This document shows, in pieces, positions 41,869-55,619 of a stretch of DNA of 64,000 nucleotides. The notes under the pieces were generated by a model. That model was not told the origin of the DNA. It did no database searches and saw only the letters and a program-made list of their open reading frames with translations. A program made the position numbers and the translations under genes. Source of the stretch: Schmidtea polychroa (Eukaryota); the NCBI GenBank assembly GCA_044892525.1, contig CM097885.1, forward strand, positions 7,814,001-7,878,000, given 5' to 3'. How positions within the stretch are numbered: position 1 is the stretch's first letter; every line of letters begins with the position of its first letter.

Positions 41869-44392
41869 GACACGAAGATTTCTCTTCGCGCCAGGTAAGT
41901 ATACAATATTGTTGATTCAACTCTATTGCATACTTTCCCCGGTACACTGGAAATCACATCGCTTGCAAAATAGCTTGGTCACAGAAAAAAAAAATTCTGT
42001 AAACTTGTAAACATGGCGTATGAAAAATCATAATCACCTCTGCGGACTAAAAAATTAGTCGATACACAGAAACTGTTTACAAGTGCATCCGATTACCTTT
42101 AGCATTTTTGACTTATTATTATTACTATTATTATTAACTTTATAATTATTAGAATGTTTAAAATTTTAGTTTTGTATAATGTTTAAAACAGTCCCTTTTA
42201 CATAGGAACGTTTACTCTTGCCAAAATTTGCCAAAATTCTTTTTATTGAAATTATACTAAAATCGGTTGACGATTTTTTAGAACTTGTATATTTGTTGTG
42301 AAAATAAAAATAACTTATTTTTGTTTTGTGATATTTAATGTGATATTTAATGCATTGAACCAGATAAAGTTTTAAACCCACCGAAATCTATAGGAGTCCA
42401 ATAATTTTATTTATAATTATTATTATTGAAATTAAACTTTATTTGAATAAGATTAAAAAATTAAGCTTGTCAAAAAAATTGTCGTTATCATCCTATAAAT
42501 GCTCTCTTATTAAGTTGACATAATCTGTGAATTTTCCCATTTTCAGATGTCATTCCATGTCGAGAGTTTGCAGAATTGGGAAATATGTATCATTTGTTGC
42601 TAGTAGAAATCCTAATGAAAACCGATTAGCTGGAAAACGAGTCTTGTAAATCCATCCAACTGACAAAAAGTATTTTTCCTTTATCAATGAATCCTTTGCA
42701 ATTTTTTCTTATCAATGCCATTGTGGCGCATTTCATATGGATTGGTAAGTGTCTTTTTTATTTTAATTTGTCTGTATTTTAATTAAGCTTGACTTTGAAA
42801 AGTCTAAAAAATGAAATTAATAGGGAGCACAATCCTCTTTTTTTTGCACGGTATAAAATTTTATTAAAACAATATTAACGGTCCCAAAATTAATCTAATT
42901 TAATCATAAACTATTTCTCTAACACTCAAATTATACCAGGAGCTTAATATTTGCAATATCATATTTTATCATGATAAAAATAATATTTTATAATTGTTAT
43001 ATTTATAACCAATTTTAAGGCTACTTGTATTCCAAGACAATCTTATATATATGAGCATATAAACATATTAATATTATACACAATATATCTTTTTGTTCAA
43101 ACAAAATAAATGGAGACCTTTTTGATATTTTTAATATTTTTACTAAACAATTAAAAATATTAATTTAATTTAAAATATATTTCTATAAAATATATTTTTA
43201 TTTTATCAGCATTTAATACGCATTTCATTGTATGCACACATTCAAACATATTATAAGTATTACTATCAATTAAAACAAAATATTAAAATTATAAAATTTA
43301 ATTAACTATAATTCTATTTTCTGTTTAGAAGTCTATTTAAATATTTGTATTATTCTTTATTTTATTTTATTTATTATTTTAATGAAGAAGACATCAGCTC
43401 AGATTTCTAAATTGAAAACTTAGCGCACTTTTACAGTTTCCTTTTCTTCTACTTTTGTTTAAGAAAAAATTGATTATTTTGATAAAAGTGAATATGTCTA
43501 TTTTTCTTTTTAGGTTTTTAAGTTAAAAAATAGTCAAAATTAATAATTATTATTAATATAATATAACATATATTTACTCTATAAAATGTCTATATAATAC
43601 ATTGTAATGTAACATTAATTTTTTGAATGCAATTACGAATGATAATCATTATTTTCATCCGAGACATATCTTTCACAAACCAACAAAAAGAAACTATATA
43701 GTAATTTTCTATAGTAATAATTTACTATAGAGAAATTACAAATTACAAAATTACAAAATACAAAAATTCAATTGAAAGAATTAAGAAAATTAGAAGTCGC
43801 AAAATAGTCAAACAAATATAATATTAGGAAGTCTCAAAAAGGAATTATTAAAGGAGTAATCCTATATTACAAAAGAGAAAGAAACTACATCGCTACAATT
43901 TCTACTACTATATAATATCAGAAAGGTCAAATAATATACAAATAAAAATTAATTCAACACTAAAAAGTTTTTGTAGAGCCAAATCGTGCAGAAAAATTTG
44001 CAATCCACAATCTTCGTGGTAAATCGCAATTGACCCTTAATTTTTACTGTTCTCCTCAGACAATTGTCTTTCCAAATACTAACATAACAACGATCGTAAA
44101 TAGTATACCGAATCACTATATCCTGTCAATATTATAAAGTATATATTTTTTTTAATAAAGTTGTATTTTTTGATTAAATTCTATTTTATATCTCGGTTAT
44201 CATTGAACATACAAGCACCCGGGTTGTCCCGATACTTTTAACTGGTGACTCCACCGGGTTCTCACAAATTTCTTATTACACACAAATATTACAAACATAA
44301 TATACATAGCTATACAAACATAATAACGCATAACACTAAACTTCATAATATACACAATAAAATAAATAAATACCATTTTCAATTATAAATAA

Positions 44393-44880
44393 CTAGCTTT
44401 GTACCCGGCTTCACCCGAGTTATTATTTATTATAATAATTCATGTAAATTAATTTTTTGTTTAATGATGTTATTACGTTCCAGTATTAATTTTATAACAG
44501 CTTCAATTCCATGTTTAATTCACAATAAGAAAAGCTTTCAAAATAAATTTCAATTTGTAAAATCGTAAAGGCACTTCAATTTAAATCGAAAAATAACTGG
44601 CAATATTTTTCAAATTGCAAACTGGTTCACTAATCAAATAAAATGCAAATTCTCCGTGTTTGAATTCTGCTTTGAAAACATTTGACTAAATTATAGTACT
44701 TTTAACTGCAAGTAGCAAGCATATAATAAATTATTATTTATATGGTGAATTTCTGAGCGCACAGACAAACAAACCGACTTAGGGTACCCTAGGGGTGGTC
44801 ACTTGGGGTTGAAGCATAGCATATGACCTGTCCCGAGTCAAATGAGGGTAACATGCAAAATTTCAACACCCTAGTTCAAT
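44393..44880 (-). mobile_element. Non-autonomous Helitron-like fragment (3' end at 44393)
   Basis: The minus strand ends CTCGGGTGAAGCCGGGTACAAAGCTAG|T (GC-rich subterminal hairpin then CTAG). The other boundary is uncertain. Confidence 0.5.
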
Positions 44881-45575
44881 TTATATAACGAACGTAAGTC
44901 AGTTATGCGGAAGACCAAACAGGGGTTCATTAATGTTGATAATCAAATAGATTAAATGAAAACAATTGAATTTATTTATTGTTTATTAACAGATAATTAG
45001 TTACGGACTTATCCTGTAAGAAAAATATTGTCTGTAGAAACCATACAAAAGCTTCTAATTTAATATATGATTAGAAAATAAAATAATGCAAAAAATAGAT
45101 TGCAAAGTTAAATATTTACAATGAAATTTATATAAATTCTATATCAATAAACATAACATGTAATGCGCTAGACATCTTCATACATTCATTTTAGTGTCAT
45201 GCAGTCAAAAGGACGTGACAATTAAACAATTGGTAAATTCGAGCTTTCTTACAACTGAGTATACAGAATGTATTTGTTCTTATTTAACATTACAATTGTT
45301 TGATCATTAATGTCACTGTTAGTATCTTCTTTTCCCGAACTTCGGGTGTTAATTGCATCGATCATTAAATTACAAGTAAATTCACGCTTTCAATAAAATA
45401 TATTTTTATTAAACAATATTTAAACAAAGTTAGGAGAATCCAAACTATGCAATTTTCATTGACAGGATCTTTTTAAATATTCATACATACATTCAACAGA
45501 CGATATTTAATTATTGTATTTCTTTTCGTTGTCATTCATTCTTTCAAATTAATTTCAGTTATATTTTAATAAACT

Positions 45576-45620
<45 letters not shown>

Positions 45621-46929
45621 CTTTATTAAACTTTTACTGTAAATTTGATTTTAACAGTTCTAAATATCAAAAGTTTTACTTGATAATTATTTTTACTTTA
45701 AACGAAATGTTTCCTTTACAAAATACTTTTTTTATTACAATTAATTTATAGAAATCTTTAGAGTATTTTGAAATATATCACGGTCGTTATTGAACCAAAT
45801 GTCTAGTTAGACGTGCAAGTGACTTACAAATTATTTACTTATAGTGAGGCAATAGATTGATTATAATAATTCAAATATGGATTGAAGATTTAAATAAAGA
45901 TAAATGGGGTATCAAATCATTTATTTTTCTTTTTTTTTGTTTTAAAAATTGACATACGTTTTATGTTATTACAATATGGACACGTTACAGATATCAATTT
46001 AAGCTAAAATAATTTTGGAAATAAATTATTCAAATTGATACCTATGATAAAATTGTCAGCGTAGATTTTGCCAAATCCGTTCGCTAACTTGGATTCATTA
46101 ACTTGGATCGAAAAGTCTTTTAGATTATCATTACCAAATCCATCGTGAATTAGAACTTCAATTTTGTTTTGAGCGTTTCTGACATCTTTTTAATAATCGA
46201 TTCCAAATACCTTTCTGCTTCATTAGCCGGTTCAGTCATCCATTTATCAGTTTTAATTAATACATCTTTTTGAGTAAATGCAGTGTCAGGTGAAATTTCT
46301 TCAGAATTTACTGGGAATTTCATCTTGAAATTTCATCATTAGTTTGAATTTCATCGTCTTCGTTAAACATTTCATGTCAATATGTATTTTATTGTTATCG
46401 TTTTCCAATTCTAATTGTTGTGATTCTTCACGTTTTACAATTAAAACCCGTAAATAAGTTTCATATTTCATCATATAATCATTATATTCTGTAACAAATT
46501 CATTTATAACTAATTAAATTAAGCAATTTTAGAAGTAACTTTCAAATTAAATTTTCAAGGTTCAAAACATTTTATTTAAAAAAAATATGAAAAAATAACC
46601 AAATCACTTTTTCAAACAAAAACTCTAATTCCAGAAAAAATTCAATAAAAGTCCAAAAAAACATTGTCCGCGTCTGTGTACAAATTCAAAAACAACGCGC
46701 ACACAGATGCGATAATTAACCTCATGTTTGACCAACTTATATGAGCATAATCCTTGTAAACATCACTTTAAATTATTCTTCGTATAGCTTTCTTGATTCA
46801 TAGCCTTAAAATGATTACCCCATAGTAGTAGGATGTGTCACCACTGGCACATGTCACCTCTGGCACACTACCGCCCCCGGGGGGGGGGGTAAACGACATT
46901 TTTTTTCAAGGTCAAATTTTAAACAAAGA

Positions 46930-47360
46930 CATATGACTCATCAAGGTCATTGAAACAAAGACCATGACTCATCATATGACACATCAAGGTCACTGAAACA
47001 AAGACCATGACTCATCGAGGTCATTGGATGACTCATCAAGGTCATTGAAACAAATACCATGACTAATCCTATGACTCATCAAGGTCACTGAAACAAAGAC
47101 CATGACTAATCCTATGACTCATCAAGGTCACTGAAACAAAGACCATGACTCATCGAGGTCATTGGATGACTCATCAAGGTCATTGAAACAAAGGCCATGA
47201 CTCATTCAAGGTCATATGATGACTCATCAAGGTCAAAGGATGACTCATCAAGGTCATTGAAACAAAGACCATGACTCACTCAAGGTCATATGATGACTCA
47301 TCAAGGTCATATTTTTAAGGTCAAGGTCATATTTTTTAAGGTCAAGGTCATATTTTAGGG
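46930..47360 (+). repeat. TIR tandem array of ATGACTCATCAAGGTCA units, mirrored at ~55050-55500
   Basis: More than a dozen TGACTCA and AAGGTCA motifs per arm. Confidence 0.9.
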
Positions 47361-49806
47361 TCAAACCTTCACCAAAGGGTATCATTCGAAAGGTATTTGA
47401 GAGGTCTATCTAATGGTCATACCCTCGAAGGTGTATGGTGGGTCAATAACTAACAATTGCTATAAAATATTGAATCCCCAAATGATTATTTTATTACAGA
47501 AGAAACCGTGAATGGTATTTGACTGAGTAATTATGATAAATTCATATTTTAAATTTTGATTAAGTCCTTTAATATTAGCAATTTATTATTAAATTTACTA
47601 TTTTACACTAAATATTTCATTTTCAAAAACAAATATTCTAAAAGATAATTTAAGATACATTACTCTTTTCAATGAAAATTAGCATTCAAAGTTAAAAGGG
47701 ACACACGAAAACTTACTCAAATATAACCGAAAGACATAAAACAACAAAACCAAATTCCATTAAATACTTTATAGCAATTGTTAGTTCTTATAATTTCTAA
47801 CTTTAATGAAGATTCTTACCATCTGAGAATAATATTGTTAATTTATCTCGAGTGTTATTAAAATTATCTTTCGACTTTACGCTTCTTACCATTTTAGAAT
47901 AAGATTTGTTATCAAAATTTGTGTTAATTTGGCTGATTTAATTTGATGGAGTTATTGTTAATTCGTTTTATTATATAAATATATACTCCCTCTATGGGTA
48001 CTGTTCACAAATGGTACTGCTCGTAGGGGTACTGGTCTTAAAGGTACTGGTGTGTTTTAATGTTTTTATTTAGGCAAATATTTGGTTATTATTTGGCATT
48101 AAATTCATTGGTAAATTTTTAGAGTTAGCGGGATTTTACTAACATCATTACTAACATGTTTTGTGAATAATTGAAAGAATATTTAAAAAATTAAGGTTTT
48201 AGTGTTAATTCTAAGACAAATTTAATTAATTTCTTGATAATTTGCTATATTTTATTGACTTGTTTTTAAATTTAAATAAAAATTATTTTTAATGACAGTT
48301 AGGTTAATAATTAGAGTTTTTACAATAATCAAGTGATTATTATTTAATTTTTGTAAAAATTATTGTAAAATATACTGAAATTTGTGATTTTGAAAGATAT
48401 ATCACGGTTATAATTGCTATATAATTGGCTGAATCGATGAAGAATTATGATCAATATATTTCATCTCTAGTTAGGTATTTGATGGTAAATGTGGTGAAAT
48501 ATTTGTAGAAAATATTGATTTTAGTGAATTTTGATCTTTTAGTGAGCTCTTACTACATGAATTTAGATACTAAATTATTTCAATGGAAGGATGTCTGTAA
48601 CAATTAAATAAAATTCATATTTTGAAGAATTTTCTATGGATTTTAAGAGAATTGATATATTAAAGTCGGTAGGATTTAGTGATGGTTTAGTTAAGATGGT
48701 AATATATGATTTTTAAAGGGGGGTATTTAAAGGGGTAGAAATATTTAGTGAGGGATCGGTTAAGGTGGAAATGTTTGAAATCTTTATTTAAATCGACAAT
48801 GTTCTTATTGATAAAATATCAAAGGGACATAGTCAGTATTTAGCTATGAATTAATAATAGTTCCTGTGAAATTATATCGTTTTAGAGGTTTATTAGGTTG
48901 TGATGAATGTTATTGCACAGTAATTTATGTTTTAGAATCAATTTTATTAATTAACCATTGTTTTATTAAGTCGTTTAGGGTTAATGATCAATTTACTTGG
49001 TTTTGACAATGAAATATTTGAAATCTTTAGAATTAATTGGGATTGATATCAAAGGTTATTAAATTATTTTATTTAAGAAGTTATTTTATTCATTGTGGGG
49101 AAATATTGAGAAATATTGACTTAAAAGTTGGAAATCGACAACAGCTAAAGAAAATTGATCTTTATTGAAAATATTTTATGATTTTAATTAGATTTCTAGA
49201 AATTAAATCGGTTGAATATTAAGGGTAAAATCTATTGAAGGAATATTGTTATCGGATGGATAAATCTTTCAATGATATTTTACTAAATTACCTTTGTTAA
49301 ATATTATTTTAACTGACTAAGAAAGAGAAAATTAACCAATATTCTTAAATTATTCGCACAAAATATCGCTGTTTTGGTAAAAGGTTACTCAAAATCCCTA
49401 TTTAATAATGTTAAGCATGTATTTCTCACAAAGATATATTACACCCAATGATCATCTCAATAAATTAGAAAAGAATTGTAACCCTATATTTCTAACTAAT
49501 AAGCGCCTTAATTGGTTAAATGATAACTAAATGATCATGTTTCTATTATGACTCCTTTTGCCTCAAACAAAGATAGAAATTTACTCCAAATGATAAAGAC
49601 TTTCTACCAAAATTATCAATGAATATATGTTGTTATTAATGAATATCCATTTCCCAAGAAGTTATATTAACTATTGCAATGAACATTACATGAATAAATT
49701 ACCTATGAAATATTAAATATTCATATCTTACCTTTTGCTAAATATTATTTTAAATGACTAAACATGACAAAGTTAACCAATAAATTAGTCGCTCGAAATG
49801 AGAATT

Positions 49807-50497
49807 CGGTAAGTTACATTCAAAATATTCACGAATTTCTGATATCTATGATCATCCATTTCTCACTAAATTACCTAAGAACTTTTAACTAATATACATG
49901 TGCTTTAATTAATATACCCTTGCGACATGTTGAATGTAAGCAGTACCCTTGCGACATGTTGAATGTAAGCAGTACCCTTACGACAAATACACATAGGGGG
50001 ACAAAATATATTGTCGGATAAATTCAGACTATATATAAAAACTTACAATATGCTATGATTTTTATTGATTAATTTGTTGTATATTGCATTGATACATCAA
50101 AATGTCAGATAATATTTATAAATTAACTAAAAAATACGGTAAGTTACATTCAAAATATTCACGAATTTCTGATATCTATGATCATCCATTTCTCACTAAA
50201 TTACCTAAGAATTTTTAACTAATATACATGTGCTTTAATTAATATACCCTTGCGACATGTTGAATGTAAGCAGTACCCTTGCGACATGTTGAATGTAAGC
50301 AGTACCCTTGCGACATGTTGAATGTAAGCACTTCCCTTACGACAAATACACATAGGGGGACAAAATATATTGTCGGATAAATTCAGACTATATATAAAAA
50401 CTTACAATATGCTATGGTTTTTATTGATTAATTTGTTGTATATTGCATTGATACATCAAAATGTCAGATAATATTTATAAATTAACTAAAAAATACT
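49807..50497 (+). repeat. Tandem duplication (~330 and ~360 bp) differing by one 29-30-bp CCCTTGCGACATGTTGAATGTAAGCAGTA subunit
   Basis: CGGTAAGTTACATTCAAAATATTCACG starts at both 49807 and 50137. Confidence 0.9.
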
Positions 50498-51417
50498 ATA
50501 TTACCTAAGAATTCAGTTATGTTTCTAGTTAAATAATTGAGATAATTGGTATTACTATCAGCTATATAAAAAAATTTGTTATGAATCCAAGAATATTTTA
50601 ATTAAATGGTACAGCCAAAAACCATGGATTTCTAACTAAATTTTTAAATTTATCTGGAAATATTTTACTTAAGAAATTGCTATATTTAAAATAACTTTTC
50701 ACTAAATTGCCTAAAAATTTGCTATATGGTATTGTTAAATAATCATAATAATAAAAATAAAAATAATAATATTATGAAAAAATAATATAATTGTATGACT
50801 AATAAATTTGCAATACAAGTGCATAATTAACAAAGACTTAGCAATAAATGGGCATGATTAACAAAGACACTAGAAATATTATCTTTACATTTTGTCGAAG
50901 ATGATTATGGCAGTAATATCAGAGGAGAATCAATGAACAGAAGAAAAGCATCATTATGATTTATAATAATTGTAAATATAATTTTATATATAATTGTAAA
51001 TTTCCATATATATAAATAACACTATATAAAAAAATTAATACAAATATTAAAACAAAATGAATATGTTTTAATCAAAAAGTATTACAATAAAACAATAAAT
51101 TTATAAAAACAAATTAAAACATTTATTTCCGAAAAAATAATAACCAATACATCCAGCATCTTCATGGTTCTTGCGAAGATCTTTTTCCATTTTGATGAAC
51201 TCATGGGTATATTTCATTCTGAATAATCTAAAAATAATATTATAAATACCATTCGCTTCATCATATCATCAACATTTGGTAGTTGCGCCCAATATAATTA
51301 ATTACCAAGCTGATTTCATATTATTCAATGTTTGAAAATTTCCTACATTATAGTACCGTCATTATGTCTGTTAATAATTCATTTGACTTTGATATTGTAT
51401 TGATTTGTATTGAGAAC

Positions 51418-52075
51418 TTACATGTATATAGTATGATATTCATTAATCAGTATTAAACAGGCTTGACGATTGCGAACATTCTTCTCGTGACACTAAGAAC
51501 AAACAATTACGTGACCACACGGTAAATACAAAACCGAAACTTGATTTTCTTTACAAATTGAACAAGTTAAATACCTTTTCTTAACATCGTTCAGTTTTTC
51601 CGTTAGCTTATTTTCAATCAAGTCGGCTTTTGCTATCCATTCATAAATCAATCTACTATATCCCGTTTTCAACCTTAAATATATGCAACTCCAAAAGTAT
51701 TCATTCAGTGAATCGTTGTTTACCACTGTTTTTTCTAAATACATTAAATAACTAGATAACTTCAAAATGCATTTATCATAATTAAATAAATCAATCAAAT
51801 ATTCAATAGAGGAATGTTTGAAAATTTTTAAAATATTTATGATTTGCTTATCACTGTAAGTATCATGATTATTTATAAAATCTTCAACTGTGTTGTTGAA
51901 AAATTTCAATGAACGCTTATCTTCGGAATAGGTTGGACTTAATATTTCATTATTTCTAGTAGGATGTCCTTGCTATAAATGACATATATAAAAAATATTG
52001 ACAAAATAATAAAGTTACCAAATGTGTTTTGTGATTTACACATTCATATTCAACAGTTTTACTTGTAGAAATCAT
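51418..52075 (-). pseudogene. Spliced homolog of the 5230-5787 RING gene with a premature stop (exons 52075-52019 and 51972-51418)
   Basis: Clear protein similarity (IFKHSSI.YLIDLFNY.KCILKLS.YLM; CSICKENQVSVLYLPCGHVIVCS). TAG at 51495-51493, then the frame continues CHEKNVRNRQACLILINEYHTIYM* with one RING Cys changed to Arg. A 46-nt GT-AG intron (52018-51973) joins MISTSKTVEYECVNHKTHL in frame. Confidence 0.85.
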
Positions 52076-52320
52076 CAGTAATAAATTTCTTAATAAATAA
52101 ATTACTTTTGTTTTTACATTTATAAAAATTGAGATAGCCAATCAAATAAGAGTTTTCAAAATTTAGAAATTGTAACCATGGTTGAACCTTCAAATGTCTA
52201 AGTAAGATCATATTGTATAACAATAATAATAAGCATGACTAGTAACCTTGCAACCTGTTGAGTGTGAGCAGTACCCATAGGGGGACAAAATATTTTGTCG
52301 GATAGACTCAGAGTATATAG

Positions 52321-52378
<58 letters not shown>

Positions 52379-52764
52379 TACTTTGAAAATAAATAATAAG
52401 AAATTTGAAAATAATTTTGAAAATGATAATAATAATATTTTATAAATAAACTAAGAATTTTGAAGAAAATTATGATGAAAATATTGAAAATCGTGAAAAT
52501 TATGAAAATGTTAAAAATCATGAAAATATAGAAAATGATGAAAATGTTCCTGAAAATGTTGAAAATCGTGAAAATATGGAAAATAATGAAAATGTGGAAA
52601 ATGATGAAAATATTGAAAATGATGAAAACGTTAAAAATTATGAAAATGTTCCTGAAAATAATCATCAAATATTGAAAATCGTAAATTGATGCAGAAATTA
52701 AGTTTTATGAATATTTAAGTAAATAATAATAAAACATCGAAAATAAAATAATGAGAACTTCGCA

Positions 52765-52805
<41 letters not shown>

Positions 52806-53036
52806 TAATAATAATAATAATAATAATAATAATATTGATAAAAACTTTGAAAAATATTCGATGAAAAAATCCTGAAATAATCATGAAAATGTAGAAAATT
52901 ATTAAAATAATCATGCAAATGATGAAAATGTTGAAAATCATGTAATTGACGTAGAAATTATAAATATTTTATAAATATTTAAGTAAATAATAATAATGAA
53001 ACTTCTAAATTAAAATAATAATTAGAACTTTCCAAA

Positions 53037-53085
<49 letters not shown>

Positions 53086-55619
53086 TCTTTGAAAATAATT
53101 CTTTGAAAATAATACTTTGAAAAATATTTGATGAAAATGTTCCTGAAATAATGATGAAAATGCTGAAAATCGTGAAAATGTTGAAAATCATGAAATTGAC
53201 GTAGAAATTAAGTTTTATGAATATTTGCAATAATAATCATAATCATAATAATAATAATAATGATAATAATAATAATAATAATAATATTGATTAAAATTTT
53301 GAAAATAATAATAATAATTTTGAAAATAACATCTTCCGCGAGGGCGTTAATATCTTTCCCAATAATAATGATAAATTAAATAATTACATAATCGATAATT
53401 TAAACAAACGTAATCGATAATTAAAACAAAAAAATAATATAATCAACGATTTAAATAAAATAAATTATTATGTAATTGATAATATTTTGAAAATAATAAT
53501 ATGTCCTCGAAAATAATAATAGTTTGAAAATAATAATATGACCTTGAAAATAATAATATTTTGAAAAATAATAATATGACCTTGAAAATACTAAAATAAT
53601 AATTATAATAATATTAATACCCTTGCGACATGTTGAATGTGACCAGTACCTCTACGACAAATACACATAGGGGACAGAATATTTTGTCGGATAAACTCGG
53701 ACTATATAATAATAATAATAATAATATTGATTAAAACTTTGAAAATAATAATTTTGAAAATAACATCTTCCGTGCGGGCGTTAATATCTTTCCCAATAAT
53801 AATGATAAATAAAATTATTACGTAATCGATAATTAAAACAAAAAATTATATAATCAACGATTTAAACAAAATTAAATCATTACGTATTCGATAATTAAAA
53901 CAAAAAATAAAAATATTATTATATAATTAACGATTTAAACAAAATTAAATTATTACGTTATCGATTATTAAAACAAAAATAAACCGCTGGAACAAAAATA
54001 GATGTCTTTGTTACTAAAAATAGAACGACTTTGGCGAGTCATCGGATCAAAAATGTTACTAAAAATATATTCAAAATATTACTAAAAATAGATGTCTTTG
54101 TTACTAAAAATAGAACGACCTTGATGACTCAGCGGCTGAGTCTGTGTTTAAATTACCTTGATAATTTAAACTTGATGATAATAATAATATTAATAATAAA
54201 TTTTGAAAATATCTTCGAAAATAATAATAATACTATTGATAATAATAAATAGAATTAATAATAATAATAATAAATAATAATAATACTATTGATAGTAATA
54301 AATAATAAATCCCATGGGCGCGTCATTGTCTTTGTTCAAAAAATAAATGAGTCATCGATGAGTACTTTTGTATTGCCGTTTGTTTGATATGTATATTACA
54401 AGGTTTGAAAAATTTAAACCTTGTATCCTTAGACTCTTTGACCTTCAAACTTGGACCATGATACTTACATCTCAAATACCTTTTGTTTGATATGTATATT
54501 ATAAGGTTTTAAAATTTTTGAACCTTTTGGACCCTTTCGGTGGTATGACCTTTGAGGGTATGACCATCATACTCACCTTTGTATTACCTAATTTGACATG
54601 TATATATCTATATGTATAATTTTTAAAGGTTTTGGACCCTTTGAAGGTTCAGGACCATTCATAAACCTTTGAAAGTATGACCATGATACTTACATCTCAA
54701 ATACCTTTTGTTTGATATGTATATTATAAGGTTTTAAAATTTTTGAACCTTGGACCCTTAGACCCTTGGACCTTCGAACTCACCATCAAAAGTCCTTTTG
54801 AATGGTATATATATTATATGATTTGAAAAATATTTAATTTTGGATACCCTTTGAAGGTTATTGACCCACCATATACCTTCGAGGGTATAGTCATTAGATA
54901 GACCTCTCAAATACCTTTCGACTGATATATATATATATTATAAAGTTTGAAAAAATTCGAAGGTTTTTGACCCTTTGAAGGTTATTGACAGACCATACAC
55001 CTTCGAGGGTATGACCATTAGATAGAATGATACCCTTTGGTGAAGGTTTGACCTTAAAATATGACCTTGACCTTAAAAAATATGACCTTGACCTTTAAAA
55101 ATATGACCTTGACCTTAAAAAATACGACCTTGACCTTAAAATATGGCCTTGATGAGTCATCATATGACCTTGAGTGAGTCATGGTCTTTGTTTCAATGAC
55201 CTTGATGAGTCATCCTTTGGCCTTGAATGAGGCATGGTTTTTGTTTCAATGACCTTGATGAGTCATCCAATGACCTTGGCGAGTCATCATATGACCTTGA
55301 ATGAGTCATGGTCTTTGTTTCAATGACCTTGATGAGTCATCCAATGACCTTGAGTGAGTCGTGGTCTTTGTTTCAATGACCTTGATGAGTCATCCAATGA
55401 CCTTGATGAGTCATGGTCTTTGTTTCAGTGACCTTGATGAGTCATAGGATGAGTCATGGTCTTTGTTTCAATGACCTTGATGAGTCATATGTCTTTGTTT
55501 AAAATTTGACCTTGAAAAAAAATGTCGTTTACCCCCGCAAAACATCTTAAAGAACAAAGCTTAAAGATAAACATTTGTCATCCTTAATGAAGGTAGAAAC
55601 GTCAAATACATTTAAGCCG

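Larger units (their letters stand above)
41011..42114 (-). mobile_element. Retrozyme-like tandem array: ~2.9 apparently identical 383-bp units, each with a hammerhead ribozyme
   Basis: Period 383 (ORFs at 41317 and 41700 are identical). Inserted in a (TAT)n tract with the duplicated flank ATTATTATTACTATTA (40997-41012, 42115-42130). Confidence 0.88.
46824..55537. mobile_element. Non-autonomous Polinton derivative with ~580-bp TIRs (46876-47450 / 54981-55536); right tip truncated at the C/G hairpin
   Basis: The left end AGTAGTAGGATGTGTCACCACTGGCACATGTCACCTC matches the reverse complement of the 6868 terminus (AGTAGTAAGATGTGTCACCTCCAGGACATGTCACCTC). It shares the ~120-bp subterminal unit and a RING homolog with that Polinton. 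Confidence 0.82.

Noticed and set aside
41317..41915. Repeated 71-aa ORFs (and 62184-62372)
   Set aside because: Non-ATG starts inside the 383-bp ribozyme repeat; no protein features.
46060..46330. Coding-like minus-strand stretch (also ~26780-27290)
   Set aside because: Short, interrupted by stops/frameshifts and with no recognisable family; needs a translated search.
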